From a virus, in IMG/VR virus record IMGVR_UViG_3300022839_000007, positions 32,001 to 96,000 of that record: 64,000 nucleotides of DNA; one strand, 5' to 3'. The notes under the pieces were generated by a model, which was given only the letters and a program-made list of their open reading frames with translations, searched no databases and was not told the origin of the DNA. This document shows positions 51,995-61,101 of the stretch, in pieces. Positions within the stretch are counted from its first letter, which is position 1, and each line of letters begins with the position of its first letter. The position numbers and the translations under genes were made by a program.

Positions 51995-51999
51995 ACATC

Positions 52000-53082
52000 T
52001 TATGCCGACTGTGCGGCTTTGATATACTTGCCGAACCGCTCGTGGAATTCGTCAAAACATTCAACTGCATCCGGATCAATTGGCAAGCTATATTGAGTAA
52101 GAGCCAACTTAATGCCCATCACAACCAACTCAGTGTCAAAGTTATCCATTGCAAACCGCAAAAAGTTATTCACCTTAGAATCAAACTTCTTGTCGTTTGC
52201 ATCACTTGCTGCCTTAAGCTCGTAACACAACGAAACAGTCAAGGAGTACATAGCACTGATCTCTTTGCTCTTCATCTCCTTAACACGCCCTGCTAGGATC
52301 TCACTCGGATCGGGCATCATCGAAGCAATTTTGCGGTGTGCCATAAACTTAACAGCTAGCCCTTCGCCCACTGCACCTGCAACCAAGTCGGTAGTAGTTG
52401 TCGAATCTACATTATCGTCTAGGAGATCGCTAACAAAACTCCAGCTACGAGGAGTAGCAAAGCTACGGCTCGAACTCTTTGGATCAAAATCATAAAGATC
52501 TTGTTTTGCAAATTGCAAGTAGCCTACTACGTCTTGGTGTACCTTGTTGTTAACAGCCCAGCCAAACCAGTCGTCAAAGTTAACAGCTAACTCCAAGTGG
52601 ATAAATCGGTTTGCAAGCGGCGCTGGCATGCGGTACGTTACGCCCTTATCTGCTTCTCTGTTACCAGCAGCAACAATCATTACATTGTCCGGCAGCTTGT
52701 ATGTACCAACACGCCGGTTCAATGTAAGCTGATAAGCCGCAGCTTGTACAGCGGGTGCTGCCGAGTTCATCTCGTCTAGAAACAATACAATGTGGTCGTA
52801 TTTTGCTGCCATTTCAGCGTTTGGCAATTCGCTAGGCGCACCCCAAACCATAGTGCCCTGGCTAGGATCGTAATACGGAATACCTTTGATGTCAGTAGGT
52901 TCCCAGAGGCTCAGTCGGATATCAATCAAATGACTATTGCTAAAGCTATCGCAAATTTGTGCAACAATGTCGGATTTACCAACGCCTGGAGGGCCCCATA
53001 GGAATACAGGACGTTTCTTTTTCATAGCAACCCGAAGGCTGTTCTTTGCTTTGCTAGGGCTAAGGGTACGTGCATCAGACAT
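52000..53082 (-). CDS. MoxR-family AAA+ ATPase
   Basis: GPPGVGKS Walker A, LFLDE Walker B, AAGNR, PLANRF, TPRSW. Confidence 0.92.
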   Translation of the reverse strand: MSDARTLSPSKAKNSLRVAMKKKRPVFLWGPPGVGKSDIVAQICDSFSNSHLIDIRLSLWEPTDIKGIPYYDPSQGTMVWGAPSELPNAEMAAKYDHIVLFLDEMNSAAPAVQAAAYQLTLNRRVGTYKLPDNVMIVAAGNREADKGVTYRMPAPLANRFIHLELAVNFDDWFGWAVNNKVHQDVVGYLQFAKQDLYDFDPKSSSRSFATPRSWSFVSDLLDDNVDSTTTTDLVAGAVGEGLAVKFMAHRKIASMMPDPSEILAGRVKEMKSKEISAMYSLTVSLCYELKAASDANDKKFDSKVNNFLRFAMDNFDTELVVMGIKLALTQYSLPIDPDAVECFDEFHERFGKYIKAAQSA

Positions 53083-53131
53083 GATATTTTCCTTTGTCAG
53101 TGTCTATATTTCAGTTTGTTTCTACTTGTTA

Positions 53132-53160
53132 GTTATAGCATTAGTTGCTAGGTGTGTCAA
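53132..53160 (-). promoter_or_regulatory. Sigma70-type promoter TTGACA-N17-TATAAC
   Basis: Upstream of the MoxR gene. Confidence 0.65.
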
Positions 53161-53374
53161 CCAAGTTTTTAATAAACTTGTCAACACACTCGTGGAATGT
53201 GTCAAGAATTTCGTCTGACGTGTAATTGTCGTCAAACCGTGCCTTTGCAGACATGTATACATCGCCTTCTACATACGACATATTAATTTGGTCATCGGAC
53301 CAATTCTTTGGATCTTCCATAGATGCTGTAAATACATCTTCAATAAACTGTGATAGCGAAGTGTCATTTAACAT
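53141..53374 (-). CDS. Hypothetical acidic protein
   Basis: AAGGA RBS; preceded by TTGACT-N16-TATAGT at 53409-53436. Confidence 0.6.
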   Translation of the reverse strand: MLNDTSLSQFIEDVFTASMEDPKNWSDDQINMSYVEGDVYMSAKARFDDNYTSDEILDTFHECVDKFIKNLVDTPSN

Positions 53375-53432
53375 TAGATTTCCTTTATACAGCGTTACAT
53401 TGTACGTAACTATAACACAGTAACAATTAAAG

Positions 53433-53828
53433 TCAATCAGTTTTGTTTAAACTTCGTCCTCTGGACAGCGCCTTTGCAATTCCATACTTTCGCATATCCC
53501 CACTAAATAACGCAAGTTCAACCGCTTTACGTTCACTAGTAACTACTATTTTTTTTGTATTAATGTAATATGGACAATCGATAAAATGGTCTAGATACAG
53601 TATTACTTGTGTAGTAAGGGGCATGTCGGCAGGAAACGGAATGTCATATGTTGTCATTTCTATTGTAGATAGCATATCTAATCCTGCTTCGGTAAGTCGA
53701 AGTCCGCCTGTTTTTTTTACTCGGGTGTTTTGCCACCATAAAGGAAAATATTCAATTACAGTAGCATCACTAACTGTTTTTCCTAATTGTTTTAAAAACA
53801 CTTTGGTGTAGACGGACTTATTCAGCAA
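53433..53828 (-). CDS. Hypothetical protein
   Basis: WWQNTR...GGLRLTEAG...IDCPYY; coupled to the upstream ORF. Confidence 0.7.
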   Translation of the reverse strand: MLNKSVYTKVFLKQLGKTVSDATVIEYFPLWWQNTRVKKTGGLRLTEAGLDMLSTIEMTTYDIPFPADMPLTTQVILYLDHFIDCPYYINTKKIVVTSERKAVELALFSGDMRKYGIAKALSRGRSLNKTD

Positions 53829-54105
53829 CTTCTTCGCCGTCGGTTAATTTAAATACTGTAAATTCATCAGTTTTAAACATGATGTTCAATTTTTTTGCAA
53901 GGTTGTAAGCATGGCCGCTATTGCTAAAACTAGTCTTCTTATACTTAGCAGCAGACATTCCATTAAGTTCATTAAAACTTTTTAAATTGAAAGGAAGCTG
54001 TTGATAGAATACTGCCCAAATTGCATCTGCTTGCAGAATTTGCTCGCTTCGATAAGTTCTACCATTTGTAAATTCCATTAAAACAACCGGTGCCGGACGA
54101 CTCAT
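53818..54105 (-). CDS. Hypothetical protein
   Basis: KYKKTSFSNSGHAYNLAKKLN; late-type GATAAATA at 54133-54140. Confidence 0.7.
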   Translation of the reverse strand: MSRPAPVVLMEFTNGRTYRSEQILQADAIWAVFYQQLPFNLKSFNELNGMSAAKYKKTSFSNSGHAYNLAKKLNIMFKTDEFTVFKLTDGEEVAE

Positions 54106-54135
54106 ACACGTACTCCATATTATATACGTATATAT

Positions 54136-54384
54136 TTATCTATTATTCCAGTTTCCAGCTTCTCCAATTCTAACTTCGATAATTTCGTTTGATGCGTTTG
54201 CATGTTCCTTTACAAATTGTTCTAACTCTCCGTTAAGACGTGCCATAACAATTCCTAGGGTAAAAGCAAGATTCTTTGCAGCAACAATGTCCATACGAAG
54301 TTCCTTTGACTTACTAATGTCAGCGCCATGTACTTGCTTGATAAATTGCTGAATAGCAACAGTATTAATTGGTTCAATTGGCAT
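54136..54384 (-). CDS. Hypothetical protein
   Basis: 82-aa coupled ORF. Confidence 0.65.
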   Translation of the reverse strand: MPIEPINTVAIQQFIKQVHGADISKSKELRMDIVAAKNLAFTLGIVMARLNGELEQFVKEHANASNEIIEVRIGEAGNWNNR

Positions 54385-54838
54385 GTCGTAATGCTGCCTT
54401 CATTTCAAACTCTGTCTTAAAGGGGCCTATATAAGTATTACGTTCGATTGTAATTAACTTTGGACAAAAGCTTTTAAGCCACGTTATGTCAAACTTGATT
54501 AAATAAAATCCTGCACAATAAGTACTACTTGACGTTTTGCTTTTAGTAAACAGCGGAAGTCCACGTGAAATATCGTACATACTGTTATAAGGAGTAACTC
54601 TTGTTGGATATCCATGTACATCGCTAGTTAATGTATTTTTTGGAATAGTAATTTTTGCTACTAGAAAATGACTTCCAAACTTTTTTCTTAGTTGAACTTC
54701 GTCTTTATAAAAGTCAACTTTGCCTTTGCTGGATAACATAAAGTTATCATTTTCTCTGGTAAGAGTTCCTACACGGACTCCTTCGTCTTCGAGTATCCAA
54801 AATTTGTTATCTAAAATTGGTTTAGCTGTTACTGTCAT
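54374..54838 (-). CDS. Hypothetical protein
   Basis: 154-aa coupled ORF; LPLFTKSKTS...CAGFY...FCPKL. Confidence 0.7.
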   Translation of the reverse strand: MTVTAKPILDNKFWILEDEGVRVGTLTRENDNFMLSSKGKVDFYKDEVQLRKKFGSHFLVAKITIPKNTLTSDVHGYPTRVTPYNSMYDISRGLPLFTKSKTSSSTYCAGFYLIKFDITWLKSFCPKLITIERNTYIGPFKTEFEMKAALRHAN

Positions 54839-55818
54839 TTAATATACTTTGCTTGTAATGGAGTGGCATAACTAGATGCCTGATCTGCGATCCGTTGTAA
54901 ATCCCACTTGGCACAGAATTTCATAAGACGCATGCCTACTTGTGAAATATCCTTAGGCTCAACGCCGGCAACTGCATTATTAATAATTTCTCGTATTTCA
55001 GCAGGCTGCGCAGTTAAATCGCAAAGAATTACATTACGATTATAATCATCAAGCACTCGATGTTCTTGTTTTTTGTGATCGGTCCAGCGCTGTAGCATTA
55101 GGTTGTTCCAATTAAAGCCCTTGGTCTGCTTGTCTTCGAATGCTTCAATTAATCCTACTTTATTTTTAGTACCCTTTTTACGTACTCCTGGATATGCACT
55201 AAAAACGTTGTCACTAACATCTCCACGCATACACTTTTCAAATAACATAAAAGATGGATCTGGTGCAACTTTTGGATTGTTAGTCTTAGGATCGATTACA
55301 CGCTTTCCTTTATCAGTGAAATACCCTTCGTGAGTAATTGTAGTATTTGATACTCCGTTGTATTGCCTTACTGTAGGACTAATTAATTGTGCATAGTCGC
55401 CATCGGTGCTGATAATTATATGAGAATCATTTGGATGATTCTGCACCCACCCTGCAATTAAATCATCAGCCTCTAGCTGCGGATGTTGAACAACTGAACA
55501 ATTGGTTTTATCTACAATGAAGTTTTTAAACTCATCAAATATTTCAAAAAATATTCGATCCTCTTCTACTTGTGCAGTAGTAAGTGCAGCACGAAGTTCT
55601 TGTCTATTACGCTTATAAGGGGCGTAGAAGTCTTTTCGCCAACTACGCCCCTCGAGCATAAAGATGACATGATCAGCATCAAAGTCTTGCCACGCTTTTT
55701 TAATACTACTAAAAGTAACATGTAGTGCCATGCCTACTTTGGTATCAATATCGCCTCTCACAGCAAATTTTGCTCTAAAAAATAGATTCATGGTATCGAC
55801 AAGTATGTAAGTGGTCAT
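54835..55818 (-). CDS. rnh: T4-like RNase H / 5'-3' flap exonuclease
   Basis: ILVD, SWRKDFYAPYKRNR, EADDLIA, STDGDYAQL, GDVSDNV. Confidence 0.9.
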   Translation of the reverse strand: MTTYILVDTMNLFFRAKFAVRGDIDTKVGMALHVTFSSIKKAWQDFDADHVIFMLEGRSWRKDFYAPYKRNRQELRAALTTAQVEEDRIFFEIFDEFKNFIVDKTNCSVVQHPQLEADDLIAGWVQNHPNDSHIIISTDGDYAQLISPTVRQYNGVSNTTITHEGYFTDKGKRVIDPKTNNPKVAPDPSFMLFEKCMRGDVSDNVFSAYPGVRKKGTKNKVGLIEAFEDKQTKGFNWNNLMLQRWTDHKKQEHRVLDDYNRNVILCDLTAQPAEIREIINNAVAGVEPKDISQVGMRLMKFCAKWDLQRIADQASSYATPLQAKYIK

Positions 55819-56240
55819 GATACTTCGCTTTTATCTTTAGAAATAGGTGTTACGTTAATATACCCTGATCCTCGACTAGTGTCAAGTCCTTCTTGTTCCA
55901 ACATACTGTACACAATATCTCTAAACCATCTGTCTACAATCTCGTGCTCGGGGTCCATTTCTTCTCCATATCCGCCACGCCGCAGTTGTAAAATAAACAA
56001 GTCATTCCAATCTAGTTCAAAGAACCCGTTGCGAAGATTTTCTTCGTTAACTTGTACATTTAACACACTAACCCATGGCTCGCCTTTTTTGGTAGCATAC
56101 GCCTTAGGATCTTTTTTTTCTAGTAATGCTAGTTCCGCTGCTTCAACGTCTTTTACATCACTTTCTATTTTTGCTAGTCTTGCAGCAAGTTCTTTTTCTT
56201 TTGCTGTAATTCCGGTTATCTGTTTAAACCAATTTTTCAT
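55815..56240 (-). CDS. Hypothetical protein
   Basis: GEPWVSVL...GFFELDWN...IVDRWF. Confidence 0.7.
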   Translation of the reverse strand: MKNWFKQITGITAKEKELAARLAKIESDVKDVEAAELALLEKKDPKAYATKKGEPWVSVLNVQVNEENLRNGFFELDWNDLFILQLRRGGYGEEMDPEHEIVDRWFRDIVYSMLEQEGLDTSRGSGYINVTPISKDKSEVS

Positions 56241-56578
56241 TCGTTGGTGTACTTAATTGTTTTTTCAACTTTAAATCCTGCAAGTGCTTGCATGGTGCCG
56301 ATGTCGTTATTTTTGTCTGCAAATTCACTATACTTGATTATATTGCCTGGATCGAGCATATAAGCTATCTCTTCTGTTGATAAACAATCATTTTTATTTT
56401 TTTCTAAAATTTTATTACAGTAATCGATCTTAATTTGTTGAGAAGCAGAATACTCCGAAGGCACTACCACAGAATCGTCGATTATTGTAGTAGTGTTATC
56501 ATCTAACTTTTGAATAATTGACAATCTCTGTATAAATGTTGTCTCATCAAAATGGTTATAATAAATAATTTTTCTCAT
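56237..56578 (-). CDS. Hypothetical protein
   Basis: Coupled 113-aa ORF. Confidence 0.55.
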   Translation of the reverse strand: MRKIIYYNHFDETTFIQRLSIIQKLDDNTTTIIDDSVVVPSEYSASQQIKIDYCNKILEKNKNDCLSTEEIAYMLDPGNIIKYSEFADKNNDIGTMQALAGFKVEKTIKYTNE

Positions 56579-56757
56579 AACTTTTTCCTTATTATGTTGT
56601 ACTGTTCCTCGGTAAGTTGGTTATCTTTTAATATTTCAACACCGGGACTAATTGAAATATAAGTCGACGTATATTCGTCTACTTCTTCGTTAATACTAGA
56701 TTTTTTAAACTTGTTTCTAATAATTGTTACTAGATTAAATATATTGTTTAGGTACAT
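56575..56757 (-). CDS. Small hypothetical protein
   Basis: ATG directly after the queE stop; overlaps the next start. Confidence 0.45.
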   Translation of the reverse strand: MYLNNIFNLVTIIRNKFKKSSINEEVDEYTSTYISISPGVEILKDNQLTEEQYNIIRKKL

Positions 56758-56758
56758 A

Positions 56759-57655
56759 TTATGTCCCCCATGCATTACCATAAAGTTGTAAATGAAGTCT
56801 TGGAGAAAATCTCCAACCTTTTTCTAAACAAAGATCAGACACTTGCTTTTCGTTGAGATTATATTCGTCGCTATGCCCTCCAAGCGGCATAAGATATACC
56901 GGTGCTTCGATGCCAGCAGCACGATATTCTTGTACTGCCTTATTAGCTTCTTCGATGTCGACTCGATCTGCTACTACAAACTTAAAATAGAGGTGACTAT
57001 CATTAACACTAGCATATTCAGCCGCAACTCTAGGACATATAGCATCTTCCCACGATTCCCCACTAATGGACAGCTTTGGGCTACAACTCCATGTAAGATT
57101 AAATCTTGTTTGGGTATTAAGATAATTTTTAAAATCAGCTTGTAGGAATTGAGAAGTATTTGTCTCAAATGTAACATTTTTTAGATCAGCCATTTTTGGA
57201 TGTTCAAACAATTCAATGTACAACCGTTGCCACCCTAGTAGTGGCTCTCCTCCGGTTAAAATTAAATGAATGTCCTGCCCGTTGTCCATAGTCCATTTAC
57301 CGGCCGGAGTAAGTGCCAATAGTTTTTCAACAACTTCGTCAACTGAATCGCTATTTGTCATTTTCTTAAATTCAGGGTAGATGCTTGCATATGTATCGCA
57401 GCCAGTGTGTATAATAGGTAAGTCGGACAGTTTGGTAGCAGATGCAAGAATACCGCTGTCTAATAGTGCCTGAACTTCGCTATTGTGTTTGATTCCGTTT
57501 GCAGCTTTTTTGGCGCGACTAGGCTCGCCTCTGGGCAAACCAAAGTTCATACATCTAAAATTACACGAATATGTTCGTAAAAACACACTCGGGACTCCTA
57601 CAAACCGACCTTCGCCTTGTAGTGAAAAAAACATCTCTGTGTATTTTAATTTCAT
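56759..57655 (-). CDS. queE: 7-carboxy-7-deazaguanine synthase (radical SAM)
   Basis: EMFFSLQGEG..GVPSVFLR..CNFRC...GCDT, LTGGEPL, FETN, CSPKL, RFSPRLH; adjacent to folE. Confidence 0.88.
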   Translation of the reverse strand: MKLKYTEMFFSLQGEGRFVGVPSVFLRTYSCNFRCMNFGLPRGEPSRAKKAANGIKHNSEVQALLDSGILASATKLSDLPIIHTGCDTYASIYPEFKKMTNSDSVDEVVEKLLALTPAGKWTMDNGQDIHLILTGGEPLLGWQRLYIELFEHPKMADLKNVTFETNTSQFLQADFKNYLNTQTRFNLTWSCSPKLSISGESWEDAICPRVAAEYASVNDSHLYFKFVVADRVDIEEANKAVQEYRAAGIEAPVYLMPLGGHSDEYNLNEKQVSDLCLEKGWRFSPRLHLQLYGNAWGT

Positions 57656-58338
57656 CTTGATATAAACCCCTGTTGTAATTTAATATTGTCAAAGAATTCT
57701 TGTTTGGTACTAGCATCTGTTTTAAACGCACCCTTTAAAACAGTAGTTTGCGTAAGACTTGAATTTGCCATAATACCCCTATGCAAACAGCACCCGTGTT
57801 CGGCTTGTATATATACCCCGATATCGTTACTACCAGTTACTAGCATAATTTCACGCGCAATGTCTACAGCAAGTTCTTCTTGTAATGTGCCTCGTCTTGC
57901 ACACCATTGTGCGATACGAGTATACTTACTAAGTCCAATTAACTTGTCAGCAGCAAGAATTCCAATAAACGCAACTCCAGTAACCGGCTGGTGATGGTGA
58001 CTACACATACTGGTTACTTCGGCTCGTACCACCAGCATACCGTCGTAACCATGAACAGGATCGTTAGGAAATGCAGTTACATTAGGCATTGGTTGATATC
58101 TGCCGGACATTAATTCATTTATGTACATTTTAGCCAATCGTCTTCCGGTATCCATGCTATTAGGATCACGATGTCGATCAATTACCAGACTGTCTAATAC
58201 ATTTTCAAACTTGATAGTAAGTTCGTCTACTAGTTCGGGTAGATCTCCAGGTTGGATGTGTTTGGAAATATTATCACCTGCCCAGTATCTATCACCGGCA
58301 GTTTCAATCCGTTGTTTAATTCTTTCACTTGTCTTCAA
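57652..58338 (-). CDS. folE: GTP cyclohydrolase I
   Basis: SMCSHHHQP, IGLSKYTR, LQEEL, AEHGCCLHRG; TTG start after GGAGA. Confidence 0.95.
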   Translation of the reverse strand: MKTSERIKQRIETAGDRYWAGDNISKHIQPGDLPELVDELTIKFENVLDSLVIDRHRDPNSMDTGRRLAKMYINELMSGRYQPMPNVTAFPNDPVHGYDGMLVVRAEVTSMCSHHHQPVTGVAFIGILAADKLIGLSKYTRIAQWCARRGTLQEELAVDIAREIMLVTGSNDIGVYIQAEHGCCLHRGIMANSSLTQTTVLKGAFKTDASTKQEFFDNIKLQQGFISR

Positions 58339-58401
58339 TTTATTTCTCCGAGTTTTGATCGAGGATGATCTTATAAAATATGGTACAACATATATACATA
58401 C

Positions 58402-58430
58402 ATTATACCGTATATTTAGGTCTTTGTCAA
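58402..58430 (-). promoter_or_regulatory. Sigma70-type promoter TTGACA-N17-TATAAT for folE-queE
   Basis: Perfect consensus. Confidence 0.8.
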
Positions 58431-58433
58431 CAT

Positions 58434-58634
58434 TTATTTAAAATATTTGTTTAACATTTCAATACGGTCGTTTGCCGAAGCCATTTTATCTAGTTCTAGT
58501 TGAATTGCTTCTACTATATCGCTATGTTCGCCAATTCCTACACTGTTATTCAAATATACCATTATGTTGGTTTTTGCTCTTTCTAGTTCGCCCTTGGCAT
58601 GCATTCTCGAAGCTTTAATTAGTTGTTGTTTCAT
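58434..58634 (-). CDS. Small hypothetical protein
   Basis: NIMVYLNNSVGIGEHSDIVEAI. Confidence 0.7.
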   Translation of the reverse strand: MKQQLIKASRMHAKGELERAKTNIMVYLNNSVGIGEHSDIVEAIQLELDKMASANDRIEMLNKYFK

Positions 58635-59185
58635 TTTGTTCCTTTGTATTCGTATGGATATGTGTATTGGGTATGTGTTAGACTGTTATCAACTAGTTGA
58701 TAAGAGTAATCTACGTTGTCGTATGCGCTACTGAGATATTCTGTCATTACTGCAAATTTTACATTACGATGCCATACTGTATCCCAACTAGGATTGTTAG
58801 GAAAGCAACTGCTTTGCCAATCTTTTTTAATCCAGTTAAACGTAGCACCAGTATCACTAAAGTCGTCTACAATAAGTATATTCTTTCGTTGTTTGATATC
58901 CCAGCGGGCACCTGTAATTCCTGATGTAGGCAGATTATAACCAAATGCATCCTCGCTCATCCAGGTGTTACTTTCGTTATTCTCATTGTCGGCTGCATTA
59001 GTCAATTTAACTTTAAGAGTCTCCATCCGGATAGAAAGCTTATGACTGAGAATAGTAGCTAAAATTAATCCGCCTCGAGTAATTCCTACAATATAATCTG
59101 GACGCCACATGTCGGCATACATTTGTATGATAATATTATCCGCAGCGTCTTCTATATCGCTCCAAGTGTTCTTAACTAGTTTCAT
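58631..59185 (-). CDS. Type I phosphoribosyltransferase (Gpt-like)
   Basis: PDYIVGITRGGL; ILIVDDFSDTGAT PRPP motif. Confidence 0.9.
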   Translation of the reverse strand: MKLVKNTWSDIEDAADNIIIQMYADMWRPDYIVGITRGGLILATILSHKLSIRMETLKVKLTNAADNENNESNTWMSEDAFGYNLPTSGITGARWDIKQRKNILIVDDFSDTGATFNWIKKDWQSSCFPNNPSWDTVWHRNVKFAVMTEYLSSAYDNVDYSYQLVDNSLTHTQYTYPYEYKGTK

Positions 59186-59472
59186 TTTAGTGATTCCAAA
59201 CTTAAACATTTAGCAACGTACTCGCCAATTTCTTGATCTTTATTTATAATATACATACTATTATTATTACGATCGGTTTTTGAATCGTAACGAGTAAACT
59301 CAAGTATTTGCCCGTTATTTGCATGATAAATACGAAAATTTAGAATAGCGTTTGTGTCTGGTCGATTTGATATACCAGACACACTCGCTGTTTTTGCAAA
59401 AACATTATCATAACTGTCTGCATCTTGTATCCACTTTAGTAATTTTCTTTTAAACCACTTCATTTTTGACAA
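59182..59472 (-). CDS. Hypothetical protein
   Basis: Coupled ORF; LNFRIYHANNGQILEF. Confidence 0.65.
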   Translation of the reverse strand: MSKMKWFKRKLLKWIQDADSYDNVFAKTASVSGISNRPDTNAILNFRIYHANNGQILEFTRYDSKTDRNNNSMYIINKDQEIGEYVAKCLSLESLK

Positions 59473-59845
59473 TATCCTTTATCATTTCAAATTGATCCTT
59501 TGCTTTTTGTAGCGCTGGATAGGTTTGAAGAAGAATTGTCAATTCTTCTTCTTCGCGCATTTTCTTAGTAACCCATCTTAACGTGTTTGTTATTTCAACT
59601 AGGTTAGCCTGAACCCATTCTACAGTATTCTCAACTTGATACGAAACTGCAATACCAGCCGATTCGCCTAAGTTAGGCTGCCATGTATTGGAGGTAGCGT
59701 TCCAATACTCAATAATAGTTCCGTTGATACGAAGGCTCCCGTCTACTACTGAAGTATTTTCTTCAACCTGTGCAGGGTAATAGCCATTAGGCAAGGTGTG
59801 TTGAATAGTAATGTGCTTACTGTTACTGTATAAATAAATTGACAT
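59450..59845 (-). CDS. Hypothetical protein
   Basis: WVTKKMREE...YPALQKA. Confidence 0.6.
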   Translation of the reverse strand: MSIYLYSNSKHITIQHTLPNGYYPAQVEENTSVVDGSLRINGTIIEYWNATSNTWQPNLGESAGIAVSYQVENTVEWVQANLVEITNTLRWVTKKMREEEELTILLQTYPALQKAKDQFEMIKDIVKNEVV

Positions 59846-59881
59846 ATTAATACTTAATACCTTTGTTAAAATAAGATAGCA

Positions 59882-60193
59882 TTATGTTGACTCTTTTATT
59901 AGGATAAATGTGTTATAAGTTTCTAATGCTTGTTCATAATCATTTTTTAATTGTTTTAGTCGAGGGAACATTTCTTCCATTTTTACATTATGCTTCAATA
60001 AACGCAGCTCATTGCGTAGCTCGTCGAGCTCTGCTAATATATTTCTATTTGAAACTATTAACGAATCTGCTTTTATTACACTATTGTTTGTTGCCGTATC
60101 AATGAAGTATGACGGTACGTTTACCGAGGAGGATATACTATTAGTATTACCACTTATATTGGTAATTGATGAAACTATACCGGTATTATTCAT
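59882..60193 (-). CDS. Hypothetical protein
   Basis: 103-aa ORF with coiled-coil-like C-terminus. Confidence 0.6.
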   Translation of the reverse strand: MNNTGIVSSITNISGNTNSISSSVNVPSYFIDTATNNSVIKADSLIVSNRNILAELDELRNELRLLKHNVKMEEMFPRLKQLKNDYEQALETYNTFILIKEST

Positions 60194-61054
60194 TTAATTA
60201 ATTTCTAATTTATATTGATCTAAACACATGTCTTCTAGTGTCTTAGATAGTATAACATATTTTGATAATATGTCAACTACACTATTAACTGCATCGCCTT
60301 GTCGCCGAGGTCCTACAACTTTATTTAATTTTGTATCAGTAACTTTTTCCATAGTATTAATTACGTCGAGTACACTATATCCAGTATTACTGCCTAGACA
60401 TTCGTAAGCAGTATTAGCCGGACCTGTTTCTACCGCGTTAAGAATAGCATTGCTAATATCTTCAACATGGATGTAATCACGTATGCAAGTACCGTCTTTG
60501 GTATTATAATCATTGCCGTATATATAAATTTTGTCTCTTTTACCTGCGGCATGTTCTGCAGCAATCTTAATTAAATGTGTAGCTGTACCGAGTTGCTTGT
60601 TAATTCCGTCTGTTCCGCTTACATTAAAGAAACGAAAGATAGTATAGCCACTTGCCTTTTCTTTAATGATGTCTTCGGCAGCTACTTTACTTCTTGCATA
60701 CGGTGATGCCATCTCCCACGCACTACTTGTACTTGCAAACAACACATGAGGAGTGGTTACATTGTCAAGTAAGTTAGAAGTACCAGTAACGTTTACACGG
60801 TAGTATTCGGTAGGAAATATCAAACTATCGGGTACAACACTTCTTCCTGCTAAATGTATTACGGCATCAAACGTTCCGCTTGCATATTGCTTGGTTATAT
60901 CAGTGTTATCATAATAGTCACAGTACCTAGATACATCGTTTGCACAACCGTGTATTTCCGTATCCCAGCCAATAACAGTATGACTTCTTTCTTTTAAAAG
61001 CTTACATACATGACTACCGATGTAACCACTTGCGCCTGTAACCAATACTTTCAT
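60194..61054 (-). CDS. galE: UDP-glucose 4-epimerase-like NAD-dependent epimerase
   Basis: VTGASGYIGSH, YARSK, FRFFNV, DGTCIRDYIHV. Confidence 0.85.
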   Translation of the reverse strand: MKVLVTGASGYIGSHVCKLLKERSHTVIGWDTEIHGCANDVSRYCDYYDNTDITKQYASGTFDAVIHLAGRSVVPDSLIFPTEYYRVNVTGTSNLLDNVTTPHVLFASTSSAWEMASPYARSKVAAEDIIKEKASGYTIFRFFNVSGTDGINKQLGTATHLIKIAAEHAAGKRDKIYIYGNDYNTKDGTCIRDYIHVEDISNAILNAVETGPANTAYECLGSNTGYSVLDVINTMEKVTDTKLNKVVGPRRQGDAVNSVVDILSKYVILSKTLEDMCLDQYKLEIN

Positions 61055-61101
61055 CAAATGCTTTCTCTTTGCTAGTTGCTTTATAATATACTATTTTTAT
61101 A

